Assembly: GCA_964545075.1 (NCBI GenBank) | Contig: CAZJFS010000005.1 | Span: 2,319 to 66,318 of the forward strand | Source: an uncultured bacterium | GTDB lineage: Bacteria; Muiribacteriota; UBA9980 | Length of the DNA: 64,000 bases | Direction of reading: 5' to 3' | Part shown: positions 56,234-64,000 of the stretch, piece by piece | How the letters are laid out: each line of letters starts with the position of its first letter | Position numbering within the stretch: the first letter of the stretch is position 1 | Position numbers and translations under genes: made by a program | Notes under the pieces: model-generated | Told to the model about the DNA's origin: nothing | What the model saw: the letters and a program-made list of their open reading frames with translations, nothing else | Database searches by the model: none

Positions 56234-58159
56234 GTGTTTATTATGAATATTGAAAACAAGATAAACTTTACCCGTGAAAGAATATATTCTGCGCGGCTTA
56301 TATTCAAGCCGTTATTGATCGTTTTTGCGCTGATTATTATTTTATTGTTCAGCGTTGCTCCGGTTTCGGCGCTCGATCTTTCTAAAAAATATGCTCAGAA
56401 GGCCGGCGCGGATTTTTTCGCTTCGCTTCAGATGCGGCCGTCGGAGCCGCGCGCGATATTTATCGATGCCGAAGAAGAAAAAGATCCCGTGATTTTATAC
56501 GCCATGTTCTCCGAAACAGGCAGAAAACTATATTTTTTCGGAAAACTTTTGCCGGATGTCGAAAAAAACATTTCCTCGGACTTTGTAAAGCGTTCGCTCC
56601 TCGACAGGTTCAGGACCAAAAGGCGCGACGGGTCTCTTTTTTATGAGCGCGGGAATTGTCTTTCGGCTTTCCTTGAATTGAGCTCGCGTTTGAAATTCGC
56701 GGCGGTTTATGTTCCATATTCGGACGGCGTTAAAATATCCGCGTCAGCTGAAAGAAAAGAGCCTGCGGCCTTCATATCGGACCGCGGATATATCGAAATA
56801 TCATGCTCTTATGACGCTTTTGTCGAAGGCGGAAAGTCGGGTGAAAGATTTCCGGAGCTTTTGAATTTAATTTTTAAATCAGCAAAGCTGAAATTAAGCC
56901 TGACCGTTGAATATAACAGATATTATTTCGACCGTCCGGACATGTTCGGTTTCGTTAATCCGATCTTATCGATGCGGGAGGATAAAATCGGCGCTCCTCT
57001 TTTTCTTTCGCACAAGATGACGCAGAACAGAAGAATAAGCGATAATTCTGAAAAGGCTCTGCGCGACGCGCGTGACGCGGTTCGTTATATTTCAGCCGAT
57101 TACCCTTTGATTTCGCAGGATATGCGCGTTAAGATCGGGGCGGTCGAAGCCGGAGTGAATCTCGATCTGAATGAGCCCGGCCAGACCGATATAGGCTCGG
57201 GTCAGAACACATTCGTCTATCTGTCGTACGGACCCGGGATCAATTATTACGACGCGCCATACGGTTCGCTCGGCCATGCTGAAATGTCTCCGCGATTCAT
57301 CTTTTCCGGAGATTTGTTAAACTTAAGGGACGCGCAGTTCTATCCCAAGAATAGTTGGGAAACGCGCGGAACCGGTATCGCCCGATATGACGAAATAAAT
57401 GCTTTTCAGTCGGACATTCTGACGTCCGGCGAATTTCCGGAAACCTTTGTCCGTTTCGTAGCGCCGGTTTACATGGCGCTTAACGCGCGTGATATATATC
57501 TTGAAAAAATGACGTCCGCGCTGCTTCGATATGGTCTGGCGAATGATACCCGGGAACTTTTGATGGATTTTGATTTCGCCGGCGTGGCGCACCGCGGAAA
57601 TCCGGTCAATAACGAAGTAAGAGTTTCCGGCGCGGTATATCCGGCTTATTCGTCTCGCGCGATGATAGTTCCGGCCGGAAGAAAAAAAATATATCTGGAA
57701 CTTTTTGAGGAAGAACTAAGAAAAGCCAAGGTGAGCCGCTTTCCTGGCGGCACGTATTATCGCGATTATTTCATCGAGGCGGCTTGCGCCGGCGAAGCCG
57801 GAATGAGAGCGGCTTATATCGAATATCTGCTTTTTTCGACGGATCCATGTCTTTTCGGCGCCGTAAAAGCGGCCAGGGAAGAAGGACGCTATGGCGCATA
57901 TCTTTTAACCGCGCGAGCCGCCGCCGGGATCATTGAAAAAGAAGGCCTGGCTTTTTTTGAAAGCGGCCGCGTAAAAGCCCGCAGATCGGAACTTTCCAAA
58001 TGCGCCGAAGCGTATTATGATTATCTGGAGGCGTTGAGGGAGGGGCGTTCCAAATCGCGAATAACTCAGCTTTTCGATCGTTTCGTTCAAACATATAACG
58101 TTTCGAATAGCGGGAACTCTAAAATAGAGTTAAAAGCTCGTCCCGATGATAAGCGATAG
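56234..58159 (+). CDS. Hypothetical membrane-anchored or secreted protein (641 aa).
   Basis: An N-terminal TM/signal segment is present. No family was recognised. Confidence 0.45.
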   Translation: MFIMNIENKINFTRERIYSARLIFKPLLIVFALIIILLFSVAPVSALDLSKKYAQKAGADFFASLQMRPSEPRAIFIDAEEEKDPVILYAMFSETGRKLYFFGKLLPDVEKNISSDFVKRSLLDRFRTKRRDGSLFYERGNCLSAFLELSSRLKFAAVYVPYSDGVKISASAERKEPAAFISDRGYIEISCSYDAFVEGGKSGERFPELLNLIFKSAKLKLSLTVEYNRYYFDRPDMFGFVNPILSMREDKIGAPLFLSHKMTQNRRISDNSEKALRDARDAVRYISADYPLISQDMRVKIGAVEAGVNLDLNEPGQTDIGSGQNTFVYLSYGPGINYYDAPYGSLGHAEMSPRFIFSGDLLNLRDAQFYPKNSWETRGTGIARYDEINAFQSDILTSGEFPETFVRFVAPVYMALNARDIYLEKMTSALLRYGLANDTRELLMDFDFAGVAHRGNPVNNEVRVSGAVYPAYSSRAMIVPAGRKKIYLELFEEELRKAKVSRFPGGTYYRDYFIEAACAGEAGMRAAYIEYLLFSTDPCLFGAVKAAREEGRYGAYLLTARAAAGIIEKEGLAFFESGRVKARRSELSKCAEAYYDYLEALREGRSKSRITQLFDRFVQTYNVSNSGNSKIELKARPDDKR

Positions 58160-58205
58160 CAAAACTCAAACAATCGTGAAAATTGAACGAGCGCGAACGC
58201 CAGCT

Positions 58206-58718
58206 CTATTTATTGCTGACCTCGACAAAAAGCTCGGTGCCTTTTGCGATTTCAACGTCCTTTCCTTTTACGAAGAGTCCGCCTACGATTCCGATGGGAC
58301 CCAGCAGTAAAAATCCGCCGGCTGAAGCGCCGATGGCGTATCCTTCCTGCTTATTTATCTTCGCCGATTCTTCGCCGAGCTTGATGGGAACCCGATTGCC
58401 TTTTTTATCGTTGACGAAAAGAAAGTTCAGTTTTATTCTCGCGTTTTTTCCGAATTTGCCGGGTCCGCGGACCTCGGTGATCTGGGCCTGCGCCAGGGCG
58501 CCTTTTTCAATAACCGTTTTCGCTCCGATCTTTACGGACTTTGCCACGGTGAATTTAACCATTTCGCCTTTTTTACTGGTCTTGGACGACAGCGGCATTT
58601 CAAGAATCAGCTTGACCAGAGTTCCAGCGGGCACGTTAAGCTCGGCCGCTTCCAGAAAACCGAAAGAGGAAAATAAAAGACTTAAGACCATTAAGCTTAT
58701 AAAAAATCTGTTTTTCAT
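58206..58718 (-). CDS. Small secreted hypothetical protein.
   Basis: A GGAGG RBS lies 6 nt before the ATG at 58718. A signal peptide MKNRFFISLMVLSLLFSSFGFLEA is present. The ORF-track start at 58757 would translate the RBS. Confidence 0.5.
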   Translation of the reverse strand: MKNRFFISLMVLSLLFSSFGFLEAAELNVPAGTLVKLILEMPLSSKTSKKGEMVKFTVAKSVKIGAKTVIEKGALAQAQITEVRGPGKFGKNARIKLNFLFVNDKKGNRVPIKLGEESAKINKQEGYAIGASAGGFLLLGPIGIVGGLFVKGKDVEIAKGTELFVEVSNK

Positions 58719-58809
58719 AAAATGCCTCCATGAATAAAAATTACCTGATAATAACATATAGATGAAGTATTGTCAATTCATAATAAGCGCGCGCGTAAGC
58801 CGCTATCTT

Positions 58810-60396
58810 TTATTTCAACTCGACTCCTGTCGCGCCGATGCCGCCTATAATAAGATCCAGCGCCTTCATTTGAGCTCTTACGTAATCGTCGTTTTCGCGA
58901 TCCCATTCATCGAGCGTGTTTTGGGTTCCAGGGATATCCGAGACGATGAAGAGCGAATTGACCGTTCCGTTGAATCTTTCGCTGTCGCGCATAACGTGGG
59001 CCGATTCGACGTCTATCGATTCCGCGCCGCGTTTTTTTAAAGATTCGATCTCCGGAACGCTTTCGCAGAGCGGAGAAAAAACCGACGCGTGAAGGCCTGA
59101 TATTGTAACCGCTTTTTCATTTTCAAGCTTTTTCGCGAACGGGTTTTTAACGATGCCGCCTTCCGTTAAGAACGCTTCCGGCACGATTATCGCATAACGT
59201 TTGGCGCGGTCTGAAATCGCGCCGCAGCTGCCGTAGAAGAATATTTTTTTCGCTCCCGCGTCATTCATAGACCTGGCCATCGCCTCCGCCGCCGATCCGT
59301 AAGGGTGTTCGCACGCCGCCGCGACTATTTTTTCGCCGTTTCGGGTTTTAAAGGTTATGCGCCTTATATCGAATGCTAAATTGAAATATTCGCCCGCTTT
59401 TCCTTCAAGGGGTTTGAATTTTATTCCTTTTTCATCGGCAATATCTAAAAGCCGTGAATTCGCCGCGCCATTTTTTTTCAGTTCGCATTTGATGTTTTTT
59501 AACGCCCGCTCGGCGTTGTCCAGTGCGTAATACTCGTCTGACGAGGTGAAGAACCTTTCGGCCGCCGCTCCGGCCTTTGCCTTGGCTTCGAATCTGAAAA
59601 TAAAAACCGAAAAAATATCGATGTCTTTTTTTAACGCGCCTAACTTCTTGAAACCGGCATTTTCGCGAACGTTTCGGTTTAATTCTTCTATAAGATCGCG
59701 GGCATTATGTTTGGAAAGCATATCGGTTATCGTTTCAGCTTTTTTGACGGCCGTTATGCGCCAGTATATATGGCGGATAATGGACCGCCTGTAGCCGATT
59801 ATGCCTATGTCTATGCGTCCGATCGTCTTTAAGAACGAGTCGTAGTCGGCGCGGCACAATTCGAACCAGCGGTTTCTTAACACGCCCGATATCTTTTCAC
59901 GCGAAACGCCAGCGAAAGCGTGGCATATCATTAAATGGCGGAGCATATCCACGCCGAACGCATGAAATTCGACGGCTATGGTCTCGCCGCCGAACGCTGC
60001 TTCGAAATAATCCCACTTTTCATCTTTCGAGTTTTTGCCGTCGAGCTTTTTTATATTTTGGGCTCCGGAAGTTCCAAGCCACTTTTCAGCCGTTCCGCGC
60101 CCGCCTTCGATAACTACAATGCGCTTGTAGTGTCCGTTTTTGACGCCTTCGACTATTTCCTTAAGCGTTTTTGACGCCGCGTATTTTTCGGGGGATTCCA
60201 TGGAATGATCGGCTCCGATATATTTTTCAATGAAATCGGAATCGATGACGGTATATTCCGCGTGCTTTTTATATAATGGGACGCCGGCGAAGGCCGGGAA
60301 ATTTGAAACCAGCGTAAAAATAAATAAAACTGAATATGCCGCGATCGCGGATGTTTTAATGATATTTGAAATTTTTAACGATATTTTAATTCTCAT
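58810..60396 (-). CDS. Secreted protein with a C-terminal nucleoside phosphorylase/nucleosidase-like (PNP_UDP_1-like) domain.
   Basis: A signal peptide is present. The C-terminus has FFYGSCGAI and DVESAHVM, resembling the GSAG and (D/E)MESAA motifs of the MTA-nucleosidase/PNP family. Confidence 0.4.
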   Translation of the reverse strand: MRIKISLKISNIIKTSAIAAYSVLFIFTLVSNFPAFAGVPLYKKHAEYTVIDSDFIEKYIGADHSMESPEKYAASKTLKEIVEGVKNGHYKRIVVIEGGRGTAEKWLGTSGAQNIKKLDGKNSKDEKWDYFEAAFGGETIAVEFHAFGVDMLRHLMICHAFAGVSREKISGVLRNRWFELCRADYDSFLKTIGRIDIGIIGYRRSIIRHIYWRITAVKKAETITDMLSKHNARDLIEELNRNVRENAGFKKLGALKKDIDIFSVFIFRFEAKAKAGAAAERFFTSSDEYYALDNAERALKNIKCELKKNGAANSRLLDIADEKGIKFKPLEGKAGEYFNLAFDIRRITFKTRNGEKIVAAACEHPYGSAAEAMARSMNDAGAKKIFFYGSCGAISDRAKRYAIIVPEAFLTEGGIVKNPFAKKLENEKAVTISGLHASVFSPLCESVPEIESLKKRGAESIDVESAHVMRDSERFNGTVNSLFIVSDIPGTQNTLDEWDRENDDYVRAQMKALDLIIGGIGATGVELK

Positions 60397-60594
60397 TTTA
60401 ATAGCATTATATCAGATATCTCGGGAAATTAAAATACCTGACGCGATATTTATCGGATTGATTTCATCTCGTATCGGCCGCGGCCGATTCCAGAGATGTT
60501 TGATATGTAATTTCAGTGAAAATAAAAATGGCGTTCGATAATTTTCGACCGCCATTTTTAACTTCTGGAATATTAAGTTTTATTTATATTTCGA

Positions 60595-62592
60595 TTACAG
60601 AGCGAGTGTCGAATCGACAACGGGAACGAGGTTCTGACCGGTAACGGTAATCGATCCTGTAGCGTTCTTTTCGTCAAGCGAGTTGAACGAGAGCGTCGCA
60701 TTGCCGTCTTCGCCGGTTATGCCCGTAACGGTCTGGCCGTTTGCGCCCATCGATACAGCCACGCGCGCGTATTTAACAGCGCGTTCGCCGTTGGTAACGT
60801 TTACGACGACTTTGTCGCCATCGCGTTTAGCGGTGAATTTCGCCTGTTTCGGAACGTCGTTTCTAACCTGCATGGAGCAGTCGCCGAATATGTTGTACTG
60901 TTCGAAAAGCATTACGCCTGATGAGTTAGCCGCGGTACCCCATATCTGCATGCCCTTTAAGATGCCCGTGAGAGCGAGAGCGCCTACCGACGACTGTTTT
61001 TCCTGGGCGGCCTGAACGAGGTTGATCTCTGATTGCATATCGCAGGGCGGAACCCATTCGGCGTTCGTCGATGAACCGAATATCGCTGCGGCGCCGGCTG
61101 GTTTTTCGGGTGTTCCGGCTTTCATCCAAGCTTCGCAGAAGCAGTCGGACCCGCCGTTGAATGCGCCGTTGACGCAGGCTACCGACCATATAACGGGGAG
61201 CATGCGATCGTTTTTAAGGGCAAGAGCTTCGGCGTTTCCAAAGGATGTGGTGACCCATGAGGTTTTCGAGCCGTGACCGATGTAGTTGATGAGCGATCTG
61301 CCTTCGTTTATGGAGGCGGAAAGTTTGACTTTCGAAGCCGTCGGATCGTAGTTCTGATCGACTACGTCGAAGTTGAATTTCATAAGTCCGTCGCGGAGCT
61401 GGTTTGCGCGTTCAAAATCAGTGGGCGTTCCCTGATTGCTTGCGATGCCTACGGCTTTTCTGTACCATTTAGCCGCGTCGCCGGTGTAAGGGAACTGTTC
61501 GTAGTGAATTATTCTTGCTACCTGATTTTTAACTTCGGCCGCGTTCTTGGCTGAAATTCTGGAGATCATGGCGTCCGGAACGTGATCGTCGCCGGCGAGT
61601 TTCGTGTAGCAGGGGTCGGATGCGGCTTTTTCTTTCACGCCCAGGAGCGTGGGAACGAATTCCGAGTCGCCGACGAGTATGATGTAAGCCATTTTCGTAG
61701 CGGCATATTCGGCTTTTATGAATTTGTAAACGTCATCCGCCGTGGCTCCGATTTCGCTCATTTTAGCGACTTTTACGCCGAATCCCTGTTTTTTCTTCCA
61801 TTCGACGAGGGGCATGATTTCCTCTAACATGCTGTCGTGGGATATTACAAGTATGTTTCCGAGCTCGAGTCTTTCGATAACGTCGGTCGGCACGAAGTTC
61901 ATGAATGTGTTTTTATAAATCTCGGCGAATTCGTAAGGAACGGTTTTTTTTGCTTCAGCGCCGCGGACGGCGTTTTTATATCTTAATTCGATCCGCATTC
62001 TTTTAGCCACTTTCATGGCTTTTTTCGCGTTGTCGTACTGGAACGGGTTGACGGAAACTTCAACGCCGCGAACGTCGCGCATAACGAAAGGAGCGCTGGT
62101 TACGACTTTCTTGTCCATTCCCGGGAAAGTGTTTGGCGTGTTATAAAAATCGTTGTATTCGAAATTTACTTCTTCGGGGTTGACATTTCTTGTGATCTGG
62201 CCCTTTGATGGAGCGGCGGCGTTCTTCATTGCGATTTCGGCCCAGTCTTCCGATATTACGCTGGCTTCGACTTCGGCGCCTTCGGGGAGCGCCACGAAAG
62301 TTTTCATTGCGGGTATTTCAGGAAGGCCTTTTTCCATGTGTTTCGATGATATTCCAACGGTCGTGAATTCGGCGTTTTGATTTCCCGCGGGTTTTGTTTC
62401 GCGATAGAAGCCGGGAACCGTAACTTCAATTACTTCGACATTTTTGCTTCTGGTCGTTATGAGTTTCATTTCAGGAACGGCGCCGGATTTAGCGCTTCTG
62501 GTAAGTTGAACCCATTCGGACGCCGCGAATGCGGTTCCGATCGATGATACCGCGAAAGCGATAACGAGAAGGAGAAGGGATAATTTTTTCAT
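60595..62592 (-). CDS. Secreted gingipain-like cysteine peptidase (family C25).
   Basis: A signal peptide is present. The catalytic His context is YIGHGSKTSW. The catalytic Cys context is WSVACVNGAFNG (compare gingipain VACVNGDF). Confidence 0.7.
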   Translation of the reverse strand: MKKLSLLLLVIAFAVSSIGTAFAASEWVQLTRSAKSGAVPEMKLITTRSKNVEVIEVTVPGFYRETKPAGNQNAEFTTVGISSKHMEKGLPEIPAMKTFVALPEGAEVEASVISEDWAEIAMKNAAAPSKGQITRNVNPEEVNFEYNDFYNTPNTFPGMDKKVVTSAPFVMRDVRGVEVSVNPFQYDNAKKAMKVAKRMRIELRYKNAVRGAEAKKTVPYEFAEIYKNTFMNFVPTDVIERLELGNILVISHDSMLEEIMPLVEWKKKQGFGVKVAKMSEIGATADDVYKFIKAEYAATKMAYIILVGDSEFVPTLLGVKEKAASDPCYTKLAGDDHVPDAMISRISAKNAAEVKNQVARIIHYEQFPYTGDAAKWYRKAVGIASNQGTPTDFERANQLRDGLMKFNFDVVDQNYDPTASKVKLSASINEGRSLINYIGHGSKTSWVTTSFGNAEALALKNDRMLPVIWSVACVNGAFNGGSDCFCEAWMKAGTPEKPAGAAAIFGSSTNAEWVPPCDMQSEINLVQAAQEKQSSVGALALTGILKGMQIWGTAANSSGVMLFEQYNIFGDCSMQVRNDVPKQAKFTAKRDGDKVVVNVTNGERAVKYARVAVSMGANGQTVTGITGEDGNATLSFNSLDEKNATGSITVTGQNLVPVVDSTLAL

Positions 62593-62997
62593 CGAAATAC
62601 CTCCATAAAATTTTAATGATATGATTATATATCTGAAATTGCCTTATGTCAATGAGAAATAACGAAAAATAATAAAAAATTAAAGTTTGGCTTAAAAAAC
62701 ATTCGCGATTAAATCAAGGATTTTTAATTTCTCTTCAATTTCTTTTTTTCGGCTATAAAATACTCCGGATGTTTCGGATAAATGTCCGAGAGGTTCTTTT
62801 TCGAAAACGGATTTTTGTCCGACGCGTGCGGCTATCCAATAAAAAAACTTGTATTTAGAAAGTTTTGGCGTTGGTATATTTATTGCTGTTTAATAAAACG
62901 ATCACGCTAACGGGTTGGCCAGAGGTTGAAAAATATAGTTGACAATAAATTTCTGATGGATGTTAAGTTTATTATAGATTAACGGAGGCTTTTTATA

Positions 62998-64000
62998 TGC
63001 GCAAAAAGTTGTTTTCGGTATTATTAATTTCAATTTTATTCGTTTCGTCGGTTGCGTTCGCCGGCGGTCATTCTCAAACTATCGATCTTAAAACAGGATT
63101 TAATTTTATCAGTCTGGTTTTGAATCCTGACGCCACTTCCGCGATTGAGATAAAAAAACAATTTTCAAATGTAGATGATATTTATTCTTACAGTTCGTCA
63201 GCCGGAAGTTTTGCGAGTGTGAACGAAGGCACGCTGATCGGCTTGAACGCCGGGCTTGGGTATATAATAAAAGCGTCGTCTCCGAAACCGATTTCGATAA
63301 CCGGAACCGCCGTTTCCACCGTTGGCGACATTAAATTAAAGCCGGGTTTCAATCTCGCGGGTTTTTCTAAAGTGACCGAAATCATTAAATTCAGCGAACT
63401 CATGACAAAATTTTCTGTTATAAAGGGAATGTATAAATGGAACGCGTCCTCCGGGTCGTTCATACAGGTTACGAAAACGAATAATTCATCCGAACTTCTA
63501 GATGGCGTAGATCCGGCCGTTACTGGCGGCCAATCATATTTTGTGGATCTGGCGTCGGATGCCGTACTCAATTATGACGCCGGCAGTATTTCAATCGCAA
63601 GTTCAGGCGGCACGCCCCCTCCCGGAGGAACTACTCCCCCCCCAGGCGGCACTACGCCTCCCGGCGGCGACAGCACCACCGAAGTATCATCAGCAACCGC
63701 GGTTTATACGCTGAGCGCTATCAAGGAAACGAAGGACAGCGTAGAGATATCGGCGTCAGCGACCGACCAGTCAGCCGTGAAAGTTACCGACGGCGGTAAT
63801 CTCACGCTTAAAAATTCAAGCATCTCTTCTTCTGGAAATACTTCTTCCATGGATAACAGCAGTTTCTACGGCTTGAACGCAGCGGTACTCGCGGTAAAAA
63901 GCGGCGTCATCATTTTGTCCGATACCGTCGTAAATACGACCGGCTCCGGCGCCAACGGCGTTTTCGCCTATGGCGAAGGCTCCCGGATCGATATGACCAA
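62998..64000 (+). CDS. Secreted protein with a GGTTPPPGG linker and beta-helix-like Ser/Thr/Gly-rich repeats. The 3' end is truncated by the window.
   Basis: The open frame runs from the ATG at 62998 to the window edge. No stop is present, which is why the ORF track missed it. A signal peptide MRKKLFSVLLISILFVSSVAFA is present. Confidence 0.55.

Noticed and set aside
63188-63571. 127-aa minus-strand ORF.
   Set aside because: It overlaps the open plus-strand frame that starts at 62998 with a clear signal peptide and continues to the window edge. It is a shadow ORF.
1-64000. Alternative genetic code (UGA as Trp or Gly) to explain the in-frame TGAs.
   Set aside because: TGA terminates well-defined genes. 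Examples are 13596-13598 followed by a terminator, and the MFP gene at 1720-1722. Most genes have normal lengths under code 11. The selW TGA sits in the classic CxxU position, which is the signature of Sec and not of reassignment.
1-64000. CRISPR arrays, integrases, transposases or phage genes.
   Set aside because: No regularly spaced direct repeats with unique spacers were seen. No recombinase or transposase-like ORFs were seen. The window looks like core chromosome, not a mobile island.

Overview
This 64 kb window is bacterial chromosomal DNA of moderate GC with dense coding and standard-looking sigma70 promoters. TGA is an ordinary stop in several genes, so the standard genetic code applies. 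The likely source is an anaerobe with many secreted and pilin-like proteins, but lineage cannot be assigned from sequence alone. Content in order along the window: a TetR-like regulator tail with two palindromic operators, then an RND efflux pair (HlyD adaptor plus an AcrB-like pump interrupted by one in-frame TGA). A DUF2148 gene follows. On the minus strand is a three-gene block: a secreted protein, a 70-aa SelW/Rdx-family selenoprotein whose in-frame TGA caused the ORF track to miss it, and a Cys-rich beta-helix protein. Next come glgA and a phosphohexomutase, coaE, maf, and a polysaccharide deacetylase. Then yjbQ, an SsnA-like amidohydrolase and a fused DPD/YgfK-like flavoprotein. Further on lie an MBL-hydrolase / minor-pilin / FG-GAP propeller / hybrid kinase operon, a prepilin-like cluster, and fur-feoB preceded by a perfect Fur-box-like palindrome. 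After these come a MOFRL glycerate kinase and an EF-G paralog. A haem cluster follows (ahbA, ahbB, two NirJ/AhbC/D-type radical SAM genes, a haem-c/cytochrome-b fusion, resB, ccsA, hemA). Then come a large hybrid kinase, a GH57-like secreted enzyme and a YD-repeat mini-protein. Next is ygeW–ygeY–carbamate kinase, the anaerobic purine/urate module that accompanies selenium-dependent enzymes in E. coli; here YgeY carries an unusual AT-hook / histone-H1-like tail. The window ends with a gingipain-like C25 protease operon and a partial secreted beta-helix protein. The strongest hidden signal is selenium biology: the SelW-like selenoprotein gene plus both halves of the ygf/yge module.
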